A stretch of DNA of 64,000 nt from a virus (IMGVR_UViG_3300042474_001151:112431-176430); one strand, 5' to 3'; counted from the first letter of the stretch, positions 19,620-29,793 are shown. Translations and numbers: made by a program. Notes: generated from the letters alone by a model not told the origin.

Positions 19620-21521
19620 ATGGAAGATATCATAACTCAAAAATTCACCTATGCAACCATTACGGTTTTCAAGGATTATTGTAAAATAATTGATAAGAAA
19701 GAATCATTAAGTTCAATGGGGGTTGATTTGGACTCACTTGACGATGGGGATGATGATATATTTGAAAGTGCCAAGAGTCTTATAAAATTCACAATCGATG
19801 ATATGAGAAGACCGACCGTTGGCCGAACAACGGAATTTCCCGAAAAGGTAGGAAAAAGAAAAACAAAATTTTTCTATGGTGAACCTGGCATAAATGAACG
19901 TACCATAATAAATTACGCAATTAGAAATTTCGAGACCAGGGACGATAGACACATTAAGAAATATTATGGTAGCCCGTTTAGTGAAATAACCGTTACCACA
20001 ATTGAACGTTCTATTAGGAGACACGGAAATAAAATAACAATTAAACTATATCGACACCATAGACACAGAGCGTTTAACAACATTTACTTTAAGAAATCAA
20101 CTGGTGTTGAGTCAGTAACGTTTAATGTTAATAATGGTAATTTTACCACACTTAGTATGAATAAAAGTGGTAGGAAAACAACTAAGACATTTAGAACCAA
20201 CAACTTCAACTTTTTGGAGATGCAATTCAAAGATGGTGGAATTTTAAACATGAGAAAGTGTTTAGATGACAACTCTGTTCTGTTGAAAGAGTATAATGAG
20301 ACATTTAATAATACGGATTTTATTTTTGAAATAGATAAGGTATTCAATCTAAATCAGAATTTTAGTTTTAATGGTACATGGTTCTGTCAATTAATGTTAG
20401 AACGATTTGTTGAATTGAAAAAGATTAAAGTATCTAACGATTACGGTATATGGATTAAAAAGTATTATCCCACTGAAAAGTTTTTAAAGAAAAACGACAG
20501 AAAATTAATTGCTTCGATTTTGGATATGTTTCAAATCAAATCTAAAATTACAATTAAAATAATGCATGAAAATACTAAAATAGATATACATGCATTATCT
20601 CGTTTATGTTATTTTTTCGGTGATAATTTTTCAAAATATATTGGTAGTATCGATTTGGTACATTTTATGAATTCAACATACGAAGACACCGTTGATATTG
20701 GTTACCCTAAATTTAAATTTGCGGAAGAATTAAAAAAAGAAAAGTTCCTAATAACAAATATCGAAAAGGAAAATATCGTTAAAATCATTAATAATTTAAA
20801 CAACGAAATACGAGGATATCAAAGATTAACCAATAAGAAAGAGACATTGATTAACCATAGATTTATCGGTGATTTAAATGATCATTTTAAGATGATTGAT
20901 AAATTACGTAAATTCATACCTGATTTATATTTAAAATCTAAAAACATAGATGATTTTGATAAAGAACATTTGGAATTATCTAAAATGATGAAATTCATTA
21001 AAAAGGGATATGTTATTGAATATCAATTTGTTGATAAGATGGTTAACGATGTAGAATCACCAATTAAAGTTAAGATTAATTTAAGTGATGATGAGTCAAA
21101 TCCCGAATGGGTCACTCCCGAATTCTATCCTTATATCTTAAAACGAGAAGAGGATTATGATGAGGAAGGTAATTTCATGCACCATTGTGTGGCATCATAT
21201 TCGGATAAAGAAAAATCGATTATTGTTTCGGTAAGAACTGAAGATAAAAAAGATAGGGTTACTTGTGAATTTGATTGTCAAACAGGTACTCTAATTCAAG
21301 CGAGACACTTTTGTAATAAACAACCTCCTGCTGACATTGATTTAGCCGTCAATATCCTAAAAGAAAAAACTAAGCACTATGCTAGAATGGGTTTATTACA
21401 TTCTTTAGATAAAAAAAAGGTACCGGTTAAAATTAATGGAATAGAAATTATACCTGAAATTAAAGAACCAACACGAATATCTGATGTGTTATTTGATATG
21501 AGGCGTGAACCTGCATTTTAA
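19620..21521 (+). CDS. Large hypothetical protein with a C-terminal PcfJ-like motif (HHCVASY)
   Basis: FMHHCVASYSDKEKSIIVSVR resembles the PcfJ-domain signature. Paralogous to the next gene. Confidence 0.55.
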   Translation: MEDIITQKFTYATITVFKDYCKIIDKKESLSSMGVDLDSLDDGDDDIFESAKSLIKFTIDDMRRPTVGRTTEFPEKVGKRKTKFFYGEPGINERTIINYAIRNFETRDDRHIKKYYGSPFSEITVTTIERSIRRHGNKITIKLYRHHRHRAFNNIYFKKSTGVESVTFNVNNGNFTTLSMNKSGRKTTKTFRTNNFNFLEMQFKDGGILNMRKCLDDNSVLLKEYNETFNNTDFIFEIDKVFNLNQNFSFNGTWFCQLMLERFVELKKIKVSNDYGIWIKKYYPTEKFLKKNDRKLIASILDMFQIKSKITIKIMHENTKIDIHALSRLCYFFGDNFSKYIGSIDLVHFMNSTYEDTVDIGYPKFKFAEELKKEKFLITNIEKENIVKIINNLNNEIRGYQRLTNKKETLINHRFIGDLNDHFKMIDKLRKFIPDLYLKSKNIDDFDKEHLELSKMMKFIKKGYVIEYQFVDKMVNDVESPIKVKINLSDDESNPEWVTPEFYPYILKREEDYDEEGNFMHHCVASYSDKEKSIIVSVRTEDKKDRVTCEFDCQTGTLIQARHFCNKQPPADIDLAVNILKEKTKHYARMGLLHSLDKKKVPVKINGIEIIPEIKEPTRISDVLFDMRREPAF

Positions 21522-21551
21522 CTACACAATTCAAATAAATCCATATATATT

Positions 21552-22970
21552 TTGTATATGGATTTATTATTTATACACAACCAAGAGAAGAAAGACAAGA
21601 AAAGTAAATCATTATCAACGTGTGATTTAAAGTTATATAATGACGATGATGATATTGTTTACAAATCTACATTTGATTTTGATTACCAAAGATATGGTAA
21701 AAATAAAAAAGTTCTTTTTGAACATGAACTGGTTTTAAATAAAAAAACCGGAGACATCTTTATAACGTATAAAATTGTTAATGATGGTTTAACAGACATG
21801 AAAATGTTTAGAACCACCACCAAACAAAAAAAGAATAACTTTAGTTTATTATTAGATTTAACTGAGAATGGTTTTGAGAGGGGAGAAAAGAGAATTGGGT
21901 TTTGGGGAGTGAAGTATTCAAGAGCAACTAATAAAATAATAGAATTAATTTATAATTTAATCAAAGATAATTTCAAATCAGAATTTATCATTCAAAAAAT
22001 TAATAAGGGTGAGTGTGAAATAAACTTTCTTTATGATATGGTTGTTGATTTTCATTTAGAAATGAAGGGTATTAAAGGACACGACAGTGTTTATTATGAT
22101 ATACAACATGATTACCCCAAAAAGAAATGGTTAGAGAAAAACGATTATAAATTTCTACCGTCGGTGTTAGACCACTATGGAATCAAATCAAAATATCTTA
22201 TTGGTGAATTGAATAAACAGAATTCCCATAAGAGTATTAAGTTAGATTCTTTAAACTATATCTGTAAATTATTTGGTGACAATTACATAGATTATTTAAA
22301 GAAAATAAAATGGGAGAAACATTGTTTTGATTATACACCCAACAAAAAATTACACGTATTAAAAAATGATACGGAAAAAAACTGTATGGTTAGTGTTATT
22401 AATAAGTGGGAGAGTGATTCTTTAAAAACAGATTCATTAGTTTATTTGGTCAATAAGTTATTATCAATTAGAGAGTTACTTGAAGCTAGAGGAGTTGAAT
22501 TAAAATTTAAAGCTAAGAACGATAATGAATTTGATAATTTATTGGAGATGTGGTCAGGAATTAAATTTCATTTCGCTCGAGGTTATAAAGTTAGATATGA
22601 TTTACCAAAAGAATTTATGGATGAGATTGAGGAAGATATTATAGTTGGTGGGGAATCATTTAAACCCAAAGTTTTGGTGACAGAAGAGGATTTTAGAATT
22701 GAAGGGTTTAATATGAAAAACTGTATGTCTAAACAATTTCCACACGGATCAATATACATTTATGTTGGGTTACAATGTAAACGAAAAAGGATAAACCTAC
22801 AATATCGTAAGGGAGGTTTGGTACAATCATATGGTAAAGCTAACACACCAACATTGGAGATGTTCAACGATGCGATAACCATATTAACCCAAAGGTTTAA
22901 AAAATACACATATCTTGAATGGAAAAAGGAAAAATACGACTTCCTAACTAACTCATTATCAATACTTTAA
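21552..22970 (+). CDS. Large hypothetical protein, tandem paralog of 19620..21521
   Basis: Shared K[FW]L[KE]KND.K...LD..IKSK...L..C..FGDN block and a degenerate C-terminal motif. Confidence 0.55.
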   Translation: MYMDLLFIHNQEKKDKKSKSLSTCDLKLYNDDDDIVYKSTFDFDYQRYGKNKKVLFEHELVLNKKTGDIFITYKIVNDGLTDMKMFRTTTKQKKNNFSLLLDLTENGFERGEKRIGFWGVKYSRATNKIIELIYNLIKDNFKSEFIIQKINKGECEINFLYDMVVDFHLEMKGIKGHDSVYYDIQHDYPKKKWLEKNDYKFLPSVLDHYGIKSKYLIGELNKQNSHKSIKLDSLNYICKLFGDNYIDYLKKIKWEKHCFDYTPNKKLHVLKNDTEKNCMVSVINKWESDSLKTDSLVYLVNKLLSIRELLEARGVELKFKAKNDNEFDNLLEMWSGIKFHFARGYKVRYDLPKEFMDEIEEDIIVGGESFKPKVLVTEEDFRIEGFNMKNCMSKQFPHGSIYIYVGLQCKRKRINLQYRKGGLVQSYGKANTPTLEMFNDAITILTQRFKKYTYLEWKKEKYDFLTNSLSIL

Positions 22971-23053
22971 GAATAATTTAAAAAATATTCTAAAATTTTT
23001 TTTGTATTTCATAAAATATACATAACTTTGTTTCATCATTAAACAAAACAGGT

Positions 23054-24028
23054 ATGAAATATTTCTCAGTATGTAGTGGAATCGAGGCCGCAACAGTGGC
23101 TTGGTCCCCATTGAATTGGAAATGTGAAGGGTTATGTGACTTCGCATCTTTCCCACAAAAAGTATTATCACATCACTATCCAACAACCCCATTATTTTCA
23201 GACTTAACAAAATTAAACGAACATGAAAGTTACAGAAACATCAGCTTCGACCTATTGGTCGGAGGAACGCCTTGTCAATCTTTTTCCGATGCAGGACTCA
23301 ACAAAGGAATGGATGATGTCCGTGGTCAACTCTCCCTTGAGTATGGAAGAATTCTTAAAGAAAAACGACCAAGATGGTTCATTTGGGAAAATGTCGAAGG
23401 CGTTTTTAAAAGCAAACACAGAAAAGCGTTATGTGAAATCATCTCCTCTTTCACAGGTACTAACTTCAAAGCAGAAGACCTCGACAAACAAGGTGTTGTC
23501 CAAGGAGAAGAATACTCCATCGCTTATAGGGTTTTCGACAGCCAATACTTCGGAGTTCCCCAACGACGCAAAAGAATCTTCATTGTTGGATATCGTGGAA
23601 ACAATTGGAAAGTCCCATTCTCCGTATTATTTGAAGAAGGATGTTTTGAAAGCGTTAAAGAGAAGAATCGAATCAAGAGGGATGAGTACGCCAGAAATGT
23701 TCTTGGAGAAATTAAACTCGCAGGTACAGTAACAAAATCACACGCATCTACATTGGTTGATGGGTTTGGTAAAGTATCTACGTCTAACTATTGGATTGAT
23801 AACAATAGTATTAGAATCTTCACAGAAAGAGAATTAGAGAGACTCCAAGGGTTTCCCGATGGTTATCTTGATTTTGAAATTGGTGGTAAAAAACCAAGTT
23901 ATTCAAATGTTAAAGGTGCAATAGGTAACTCTATGACTGTCAATGTAATGTATTGGATTGGTCAACGAATTAATTTTATTGACAATTATATTCAATCTAA
24001 AAATATTTTGAAATCCGAGAAAATTTAA
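23054..24028 (+). CDS. dcm: DNA (cytosine-5)-methyltransferase
   Basis: Motif I FSVCSGIEA, motif IV GGTPCQSFSDAG, motif VI IWENVEG, QRRKR, and C-terminal GNSM. Confidence 0.9.
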   Translation: MKYFSVCSGIEAATVAWSPLNWKCEGLCDFASFPQKVLSHHYPTTPLFSDLTKLNEHESYRNISFDLLVGGTPCQSFSDAGLNKGMDDVRGQLSLEYGRILKEKRPRWFIWENVEGVFKSKHRKALCEIISSFTGTNFKAEDLDKQGVVQGEEYSIAYRVFDSQYFGVPQRRKRIFIVGYRGNNWKVPFSVLFEEGCFESVKEKNRIKRDEYARNVLGEIKLAGTVTKSHASTLVDGFGKVSTSNYWIDNNSIRIFTERELERLQGFPDGYLDFEIGGKKPSYSNVKGAIGNSMTVNVMYWIGQRINFIDNYIQSKNILKSEKI

Positions 24029-24040
24029 CTATATTAGAAT

Positions 24041-24205
24041 ATGCAAGAAAAAGAATCAAAAACAAACAGTCACTTCTGGATAAGTTTTATTAAATCCGTT
24101 ATCAGATTTGTGGCTTGTTATTTCTTATTTAATGGTGATTTTAGAAGTTCGGCTTTGTTATTTGCATTAGCTGAAGGTTTGGGTATTGCCGAAGAAATAT
24201 TTTAA
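24041..24205 (+). CDS. Possible 54-aa small membrane protein
   Basis: Hydrophobic ORF under 60 aa in the gap after the C5-MTase gene. Confidence 0.3.
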   Translation: MQEKESKTNSHFWISFIKSVIRFVACYFLFNGDFRSSALLFALAEGLGIAEEIF

Positions 24206-24250
24206 CTATGAATTTTTATTTAATACAATCATTCGTAAAAAAACTAAAAG

Positions 24251-24550
24251 ATGAACGAAACAAGAAGACCAACCAACAACTTAGACACGATAGTGTTCGA
24301 AGAATTGAACTTTCAACCACATCCGGCGGGAATGGGACAACAGTGCATAGTTCAATTCTCAAACGGATACGGGGCTAGTATAGTTCAAGGACCACACACC
24401 TACGGAGGTAAAGATGGTTTATATGAAATTGCCGTCTTTGGTAAAGATGGTGAAATATCCTACTCCACTCCAATTACGGACGATGTACTTGGTTATCTAT
24501 CGGAAGAAGAGGTAGAAAAAACATTAACTGATATTAAAAATTTAGATTAA
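24251..24550 (+). CDS. Hypothetical protein
   Basis: ORF only. Confidence 0.45.
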   Translation: MNETRRPTNNLDTIVFEELNFQPHPAGMGQQCIVQFSNGYGASIVQGPHTYGGKDGLYEIAVFGKDGEISYSTPITDDVLGYLSEEEVEKTLTDIKNLD

Positions 24551-24843
24551 TGACAACTGAAACTAAATTTAGAGCAGGAATTGCAACTTCTTTATTAGGG
24601 TTGGTGATGATGACATTTGCCTATCTTGAAAAAGATAGGAAGTACAATGAAACCTATGATAAATTAACCCATACACGGGATAGTTTATCTACTCAAAAAA
24701 CATTGTCAGATAGTTTACACGATGAATTATTCATTTCAAAGGTTGAAAATGGTAGACACGAGTTTACCAGAGAATACTTCTTTGGTAAACACCCAAAACT
24801 ACAATTAGAATACGAAAATTATTTACATCACGAAACGGAATAA
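24550..24843 (+). CDS. Hypothetical protein
   Basis: ORF with ATGA start/stop overlap. Confidence 0.45.
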   Translation: MTTETKFRAGIATSLLGLVMMTFAYLEKDRKYNETYDKLTHTRDSLSTQKTLSDSLHDELFISKVENGRHEFTREYFFGKHPKLQLEYENYLHHETE

Positions 24844-24846
24844 AAC

Positions 24847-25170
24847 ATGTCAGATGAAGAATTTAGAAAACATATTAGTGGTGACCTAAATTTAGGTGGA
24901 ACAAAATACTTAAACATAAAGGCCAGTACTATTATTAGTATGAACGAACAATTTACAGTTTATACAGAAGATGGACCAAAGTATTTAAATGTTAATATAA
25001 GTGCGGATTTTGATGAAATACCAAAAAAATATCATGAGGTATTTTTAAATGTATTGACTTCAAAATATTCAAACTCGGTTTCATTTGGGAATAATCCATT
25101 TTCGGAATGTAAACCAGTTCAAAAAAAGAAGTGGTGGCAGTTTTGGAAAACAGAATATTTCACAATTTAA
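24847..25170 (+). CDS. Hypothetical protein
   Basis: ORF only. Confidence 0.45.
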   Translation: MSDEEFRKHISGDLNLGGTKYLNIKASTIISMNEQFTVYTEDGPKYLNVNISADFDEIPKKYHEVFLNVLTSKYSNSVSFGNNPFSECKPVQKKKWWQFWKTEYFTI

Positions 25171-25180
25171 AAATATACAC

Positions 25181-25333
25181 ATGAAGTACGCAGCATTATT
25201 GATGTTTGTTACGGGTTTATGGATTGCTTATGAGATTTGGAGAGCACCATTACTTGAAGAAACTGAAAATGGTAATTATAAAACTAAGAGACCAACTAAA
25301 AAACTAAGTGACTTATGGCGAAAGCGAAACTAG
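25181..25333 (+). CDS. Small single-TM protein
   Basis: MKYAALLMFVTGLWIAYEIW; start chosen to avoid overlap. Confidence 0.35.
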   Translation: MKYAALLMFVTGLWIAYEIWRAPLLEETENGNYKTKRPTKKLSDLWRKRN

Positions 25334-25560
25334 TATACGATTTAAACGAACCAGATGATGTAATGGCACATAAAAGAGCCGTTAAATCATTGGATTTAGC
25401 ATTAGCACTATGGACCATAACTCATAACACTAAGAAAGGGTTGGAGTGGTCTATGGAGGGAAAAGAGATAGACAAATACGACGCTCTTGAGTTGGTGTTT
25501 GAAAAGATACATGAAATCATATCCGAACATAATATCGATTTAGACGATCTAATTTTATGA
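25315..25560 (+). CDS. Hypothetical protein
   Basis: ORF only. Confidence 0.4.
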   Translation: MAKAKLVYDLNEPDDVMAHKRAVKSLDLALALWTITHNTKKGLEWSMEGKEIDKYDALELVFEKIHEIISEHNIDLDDLIL

Positions 25561-25583
25561 TATTTATCATATAAACAAATACT

Positions 25584-25994
25584 ATGGCATACTCAGATAA
25601 GGTCTTAGACCACTACTCAAACCCTAAAAACGTGGGGACATTGGACAAATCTAAATCAAATGTCGGTACTGGATTAGTCGGTGCTCCTGAATGTGGTGAC
25701 GTAATGAGATTACAAATAGAGGTGGTTAACGATATCATTGTTGACGCTAAATTTAAAACTTTTGGATGTGGTTCAGCTATCGCATCTTCTTCAGTTGCAA
25801 CCGAATGGTTGAAAGGTAAGAGTTTAGATGAGGCGGTGACAATTGATAATATGGATTTGGTAGAGGAGTTAAATCTTCCTCCAGTTAAAATACATTGTTC
25901 AGTATTGGCGGAAGATGCTATCAAATCAGCAATAAACGATTATAGAAAAAAACAAGGATTAGAGGAAATAATCTTTGAGGAAACTCACATTTAA
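25584..25994 (+). CDS. iscU: Fe-S cluster assembly scaffold IscU/NifU-like
   Basis: GAPECGDVMRLQI, FKTFGCGSAIASSS and LPPVKIHCSVLAEDAIKSA, the three conserved Cys regions. Confidence 0.9.
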   Translation: MAYSDKVLDHYSNPKNVGTLDKSKSNVGTGLVGAPECGDVMRLQIEVVNDIIVDAKFKTFGCGSAIASSSVATEWLKGKSLDEAVTIDNMDLVEELNLPPVKIHCSVLAEDAIKSAINDYRKKQGLEEIIFEETHI

Positions 25995-26317
25995 TGGTAA
26001 CAGTATCAGAAAAAGCAGCAATTAAATTAAATTCACTTATTGAAGAAAGTGGGTTTCAAACTCCCTTTGTTAGAGTGGCTGTTAAAGGTGGTGGGTGCAG
26101 TGGATTATCATATGACCTTTCATTTGATACCGAGCAACAACCTGCCGATACTCTTGCAGAAAACAATGGAGTAAAAATTTTAATAGACAACAAATCATTA
26201 CTATATCTTTTTGGAACCGAATTAGATTTCTCTGATGGACTTAACGGTAAGGGATTTCAATTTATTAACCCAAATGCATCTCGTACTTGTGGATGTGGGG
26301 AAAGTTTCGCTCTTTAA
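25994..26317 (+). CDS. iscA: A-type Fe-S carrier (IscA/HesB/SufA)
   Basis: GGGCSG...CGCGESF motif; the start overlaps the iscU stop. Confidence 0.9.
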   Translation: MVTVSEKAAIKLNSLIEESGFQTPFVRVAVKGGGCSGLSYDLSFDTEQQPADTLAENNGVKILIDNKSLLYLFGTELDFSDGLNGKGFQFINPNASRTCGCGESFAL

Positions 26318-26366
26318 TTTTTTTATGTGAATAATTTTTTGTATATTTTATATATAAATTTTATTC

Positions 26367-26903
26367 ATGGTTACAGAAGAAGAAATTATCGAACATGTAA
26401 AAAGTTTATCTTATCAAGATAAAATAAAACTAATCAATAAAATTACCCCATTAAAAGATTTCAATAATCAAAAATATAGGGATAAGATTATGAGAGAGAT
26501 GTTTGATATTCCAGAAACAAAGGGGTATTATGGTCCTGATTCAGAAACCACATCCCTTAAATCCGTTTCAATAACCCCAACCAAAAATAAAACATATAAT
26601 ATTACTAAAGGAAAAACTTTAGGTATATTGGGTAGAATTGATAAGGTCAGTACACATGACAATTCAGACACCATATTTGGTTTATTTAGTGAGGAAGGGG
26701 AAATTAAATTTGTTGTATTAGTTCATAGTGATGAGAATCTAGATAATCTTTTTAAAATGGAAAGAGAAATTAAACAAAAGAAGATGGAAAACGCTAAGAA
26801 CAAATATGACGGGGTTACAATTAATTTCAAAGTCATTTTAAAATATAATTTATCATATAAAATTTTATATAAAAGTGACGATATTATATTAAAACACATT
26901 TAA
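26367..26903 (+). CDS. Hypothetical protein
   Basis: ORF only. Confidence 0.5.
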   Translation: MVTEEEIIEHVKSLSYQDKIKLINKITPLKDFNNQKYRDKIMREMFDIPETKGYYGPDSETTSLKSVSITPTKNKTYNITKGKTLGILGRIDKVSTHDNSDTIFGLFSEEGEIKFVVLVHSDENLDNLFKMEREIKQKKMENAKNKYDGVTINFKVILKYNLSYKILYKSDDIILKHI

Positions 26904-26913
26904 ATTTAAAACT

Positions 26914-27195
26914 ATGCCAGAATTTACATCAGAAGTAGACATCGACCCAAGTGAATTTATTGAGTCTTGTAGTAAGAAAGAAAAAGACAGATTAGTTGAA
27001 ATCCTTATTGAGGATGGATACATTCAATCAGACCAAGAAACTAAGAGTACTAACAATGGTGTCCGTAGACCGAACATTAATGACCAAACATTTTGGGAAA
27101 GTTTAGAACGTCTTGCAAAGTGTAGGCATTTATTATCCATCGAAGAAGAGAACTTCATCAATAACCTATCTAACAAGTTCAAATACATACGTTAA
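26914..27195 (+). CDS. Hypothetical protein
   Basis: ORF only. Confidence 0.45.
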   Translation: MPEFTSEVDIDPSEFIESCSKKEKDRLVEILIEDGYIQSDQETKSTNNGVRRPNINDQTFWESLERLAKCRHLLSIEEENFINNLSNKFKYIR

Positions 27196-27809
27196 TGAAA
27201 GTACTTGAGTTATTTGCGGGTAGTCGTTCAGTAGGAAAGATTGCAGAAGAATTAGGAATGGAAGTATTTTCATCTGATTTAATTGAATTTGAGGGTATTC
27301 ATTACCCAATTAGTATATTAGATTTTGATGTATCTAAAGTTCCGTTTCAACCCGATGTAATTTGGGCATCTCCACCATGTACTGGTTTCAGTGTTGCAGC
27401 AATCGGTCACCACTGGTCAGGAGGTAAAGGTGCTTATATACCTAAAACAGAAACCGCAAAGTTGGGTATTGAATTAGTTAGAAAGACATTAGAAATTATT
27501 AATCACTTCCAACCAACATATTGGTTTATGGAAAACCCACGAGGTGTTCTTCGTAAGTTAGATGTTGTTAAAGGATTGAAAAAGAATTCTGTAACTTATT
27601 GCCAATATGGTGACGAGAGAATGAAACCAACTGACATATGGACTAACAGTGATGTGTGGACTCCAAAACCAATGTGTAAGAATGGTGACCCATGTCACGT
27701 TGCCGCACCAAGAGGTAGTAGAACAGGAACACAAGGTCGAGCCAACGCTTACGAAAGAAGTAAGATACCGGCAGATTTATGTTTAGAAATATTAAAAAGT
27801 TGTTTATGA
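27195..27809 (+). CDS. Short C5-MTase-like methyltransferase (FxGxG, PC, ENP motifs)
   Basis: LELFAGSRS (motif I), SPPCTGFS (PC motif), MENPRG (ENV-like). Confidence 0.5.
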   Translation: MKVLELFAGSRSVGKIAEELGMEVFSSDLIEFEGIHYPISILDFDVSKVPFQPDVIWASPPCTGFSVAAIGHHWSGGKGAYIPKTETAKLGIELVRKTLEIINHFQPTYWFMENPRGVLRKLDVVKGLKKNSVTYCQYGDERMKPTDIWTNSDVWTPKPMCKNGDPCHVAAPRGSRTGTQGRANAYERSKIPADLCLEILKSCL

Positions 27810-28036
27810 TAGATTTAGTAGGGTGGGCGGCATCCTTTGTTGTTTTAGTGTCTATGACATTTAAAACAATGTGGAAATTAAGATTGGTGAACTTAGTTGC
27901 GTGTGTTATGTGGATAGTGTATGGATATCTTATATCAAATAACCCAACCATATTTGTAAATTTTGCAATATTGGTTACGCACATAATTTGGTTTATTAAA
28001 AACAAAGTACATGAAAATCAAACACCCGTTAGTTAA
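27779..28036 (+). CDS. Small membrane protein
   Basis: Two or three hydrophobic helices. Confidence 0.4.
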   Translation: MFRNIKKLFMIDLVGWAASFVVLVSMTFKTMWKLRLVNLVACVMWIVYGYLISNNPTIFVNFAILVTHIIWFIKNKVHENQTPVS

Positions 28037-28688
28037 AGGTGTGGTTAAAGAAGTGGCACCTCGAATATATTGTGTAACTATTGATGATGATTATGATAGA
28101 GCAATGTTATTCTGCCGATACCAAGAATTTTACGAGTCTCCATATAAAAAGTTCAGAGGTAAACCATTCACTTGGATGGAGTACATGAGACATTATAAAA
28201 CCGTTTGGAAGAAAGGAGTATTCACTTATCCCGAAGATTGGTCAGGTTATAATATTCCATGTAACATGATACAACAAGCACATCATATATTTTGTGGTGA
28301 AACTGAGTACGATAATATAATGAATGACATTTATTGGCATTGTGAAAAGGATTCAATGGAAAAAAATGACGGTAGACAAACTGATTGGTATTTGATTGGT
28401 GCAAGTAGTAAAGACTTAAAGACAATGGACCACGAGATTGCACATGGTTTATATTTCACCAATAATGAATACAAAAAATTAGTTAGTAAACTCATAAAAC
28501 AAATCAAACCAACTCATTATGAGAAGTTAAAAAAGAAACTAATCAAGATGGGATATGTGGACGATAAAAAGATTATTGATGATGAGATTCAAGCATTTAT
28601 GTCGACCGGATTATATAATGGTTTAGACACGAAGGAGTTAAAAAAGTACGAAAAAGATTTTGAAAAGAACTTTAAGAAATTCATATAA
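28011..28688 (+). CDS. Hypothetical protein with HExxH motif
   Basis: MDHEIAHGLYF; possibly a zinc-dependent hydrolase. Confidence 0.4.
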   Translation: MKIKHPLVKGVVKEVAPRIYCVTIDDDYDRAMLFCRYQEFYESPYKKFRGKPFTWMEYMRHYKTVWKKGVFTYPEDWSGYNIPCNMIQQAHHIFCGETEYDNIMNDIYWHCEKDSMEKNDGRQTDWYLIGASSKDLKTMDHEIAHGLYFTNNEYKKLVSKLIKQIKPTHYEKLKKKLIKMGYVDDKKIIDDEIQAFMSTGLYNGLDTKELKKYEKDFEKNFKKFI

Positions 28689-28730
28689 AATACCATTTTA
28701 AAGATATATATGTAATGTAAAAAAACATAT

Positions 28731-29156
28731 ATGATTGAAAAATTTGATCCATATCATCAACACCTTTTAATGAAAATTTGGATTAACCACCCACCAAAAG
28801 AGGTTGAGACTTTAAATAAATGGTTTGTTGATTTAGTTCACAAAGTAAAAATGGAAGTAGTCGGTGGTCCAACGAGTGTTTATGTGGACTATCCAGGTAA
28901 TGAGGGTTTAACGGGGACAGTTACTCTTGCGACCTCACACTCATCAATACACATATGGGACCAAGACCAACCGGCGATGGCTCAATTTGACATTTATAGT
29001 TGTAAATGTTTCTCATTGTCAGATGTGTTAGAACAATTTGAACCTTGGGGTATTGTTAATGCGGAGTGGGTAATGATTGATAGAAATAGTAAACCAACGG
29101 TAATATCCGAAGGTACTTGGTCTCCACAAATTGAATATATTAACGAAAACTCTTAA
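28731..29156 (+). CDS. S-adenosylmethionine decarboxylase-like (small pyruvoyl-dependent class) protein
   Basis: GLTGTVTLATSHSSIHIWDQ...DIYSCK parallels the prokaryotic AdoMetDC ESHISIHTWPE region. Confidence 0.45.
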   Translation: MIEKFDPYHQHLLMKIWINHPPKEVETLNKWFVDLVHKVKMEVVGGPTSVYVDYPGNEGLTGTVTLATSHSSIHIWDQDQPAMAQFDIYSCKCFSLSDVLEQFEPWGIVNAEWVMIDRNSKPTVISEGTWSPQIEYINENS

Positions 29157-29202
29157 TATAATTAAAAATATTTCATATATTTGTATAGGTTAATAACATT
29201 AT

Positions 29203-29793
29203 ATGAAAGTAATATTTTTAGATCACGACGGAGTGATTTGTCTATCAACGGAATGGGGTGGTAGACACAAAAAACAAAAAAAATTAGGACGTAAGTTAAG
29301 TCAATCGGTAGAATCTTTACCGGTTGACGCGCGCTTTGACAATTTTAATAAGAAAGCAATTGGAATACTAAATGAAATATTGGAAGAAACTGATGCTGAA
29401 ATCGTTGTCTCATCTGATTGGAAAAGATGGGCCACTGTTGAGGAGATGGGTGAATATTATGAGTTACAGGGAATCAAAAAGAAACCCATAGCATTCACAA
29501 AGAAACTAATTGATAGTGACGTACCTCAAAATTTTGTATGGTCACCAAGATGGGAATTAGAACAAGAACGTTCAATCGAGATTAACCAATACCTACAAGA
29601 CCACCCTGAGATTACTCATTGGGTTGCGGTAGACGACCTGAATATGGGTATACCTCAAACACATAATAGTTGGGGTGACATGGTAATGGAGTGGGGATTG
29701 ACTAACTTTGTTTTAACACCAAAGAGTATTGAGGGTATTAAACAAACAGGAATTAAAGAGAAAATTTTAAAATACTTAACTGATGATTTATAG
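29203..29793 (+). CDS. HAD-superfamily phosphatase-like protein
   Basis: IFLDHDGVI resembles HAD motif I (DxDG). Confidence 0.5.
   Translation: MKVIFLDHDGVICLSTEWGGRHKKQKKLGRKLSQSVESLPVDARFDNFNKKAIGILNEILEETDAEIVVSSDWKRWATVEEMGEYYELQGIKKKPIAFTKKLIDSDVPQNFVWSPRWELEQERSIEINQYLQDHPEITHWVAVDDLNMGIPQTHNSWGDMVMEWGLTNFVLTPKSIEGIKQTGIKEKILKYLTDDL

Noticed and set aside
23223-23732. 169-aa ORF in an alternative frame
   Set aside because: It lies entirely inside the well-supported C5-MTase gene 23054..24028. The ORFs 23326..23520(-) and 22959..23210(-) are rejected for the same reason.
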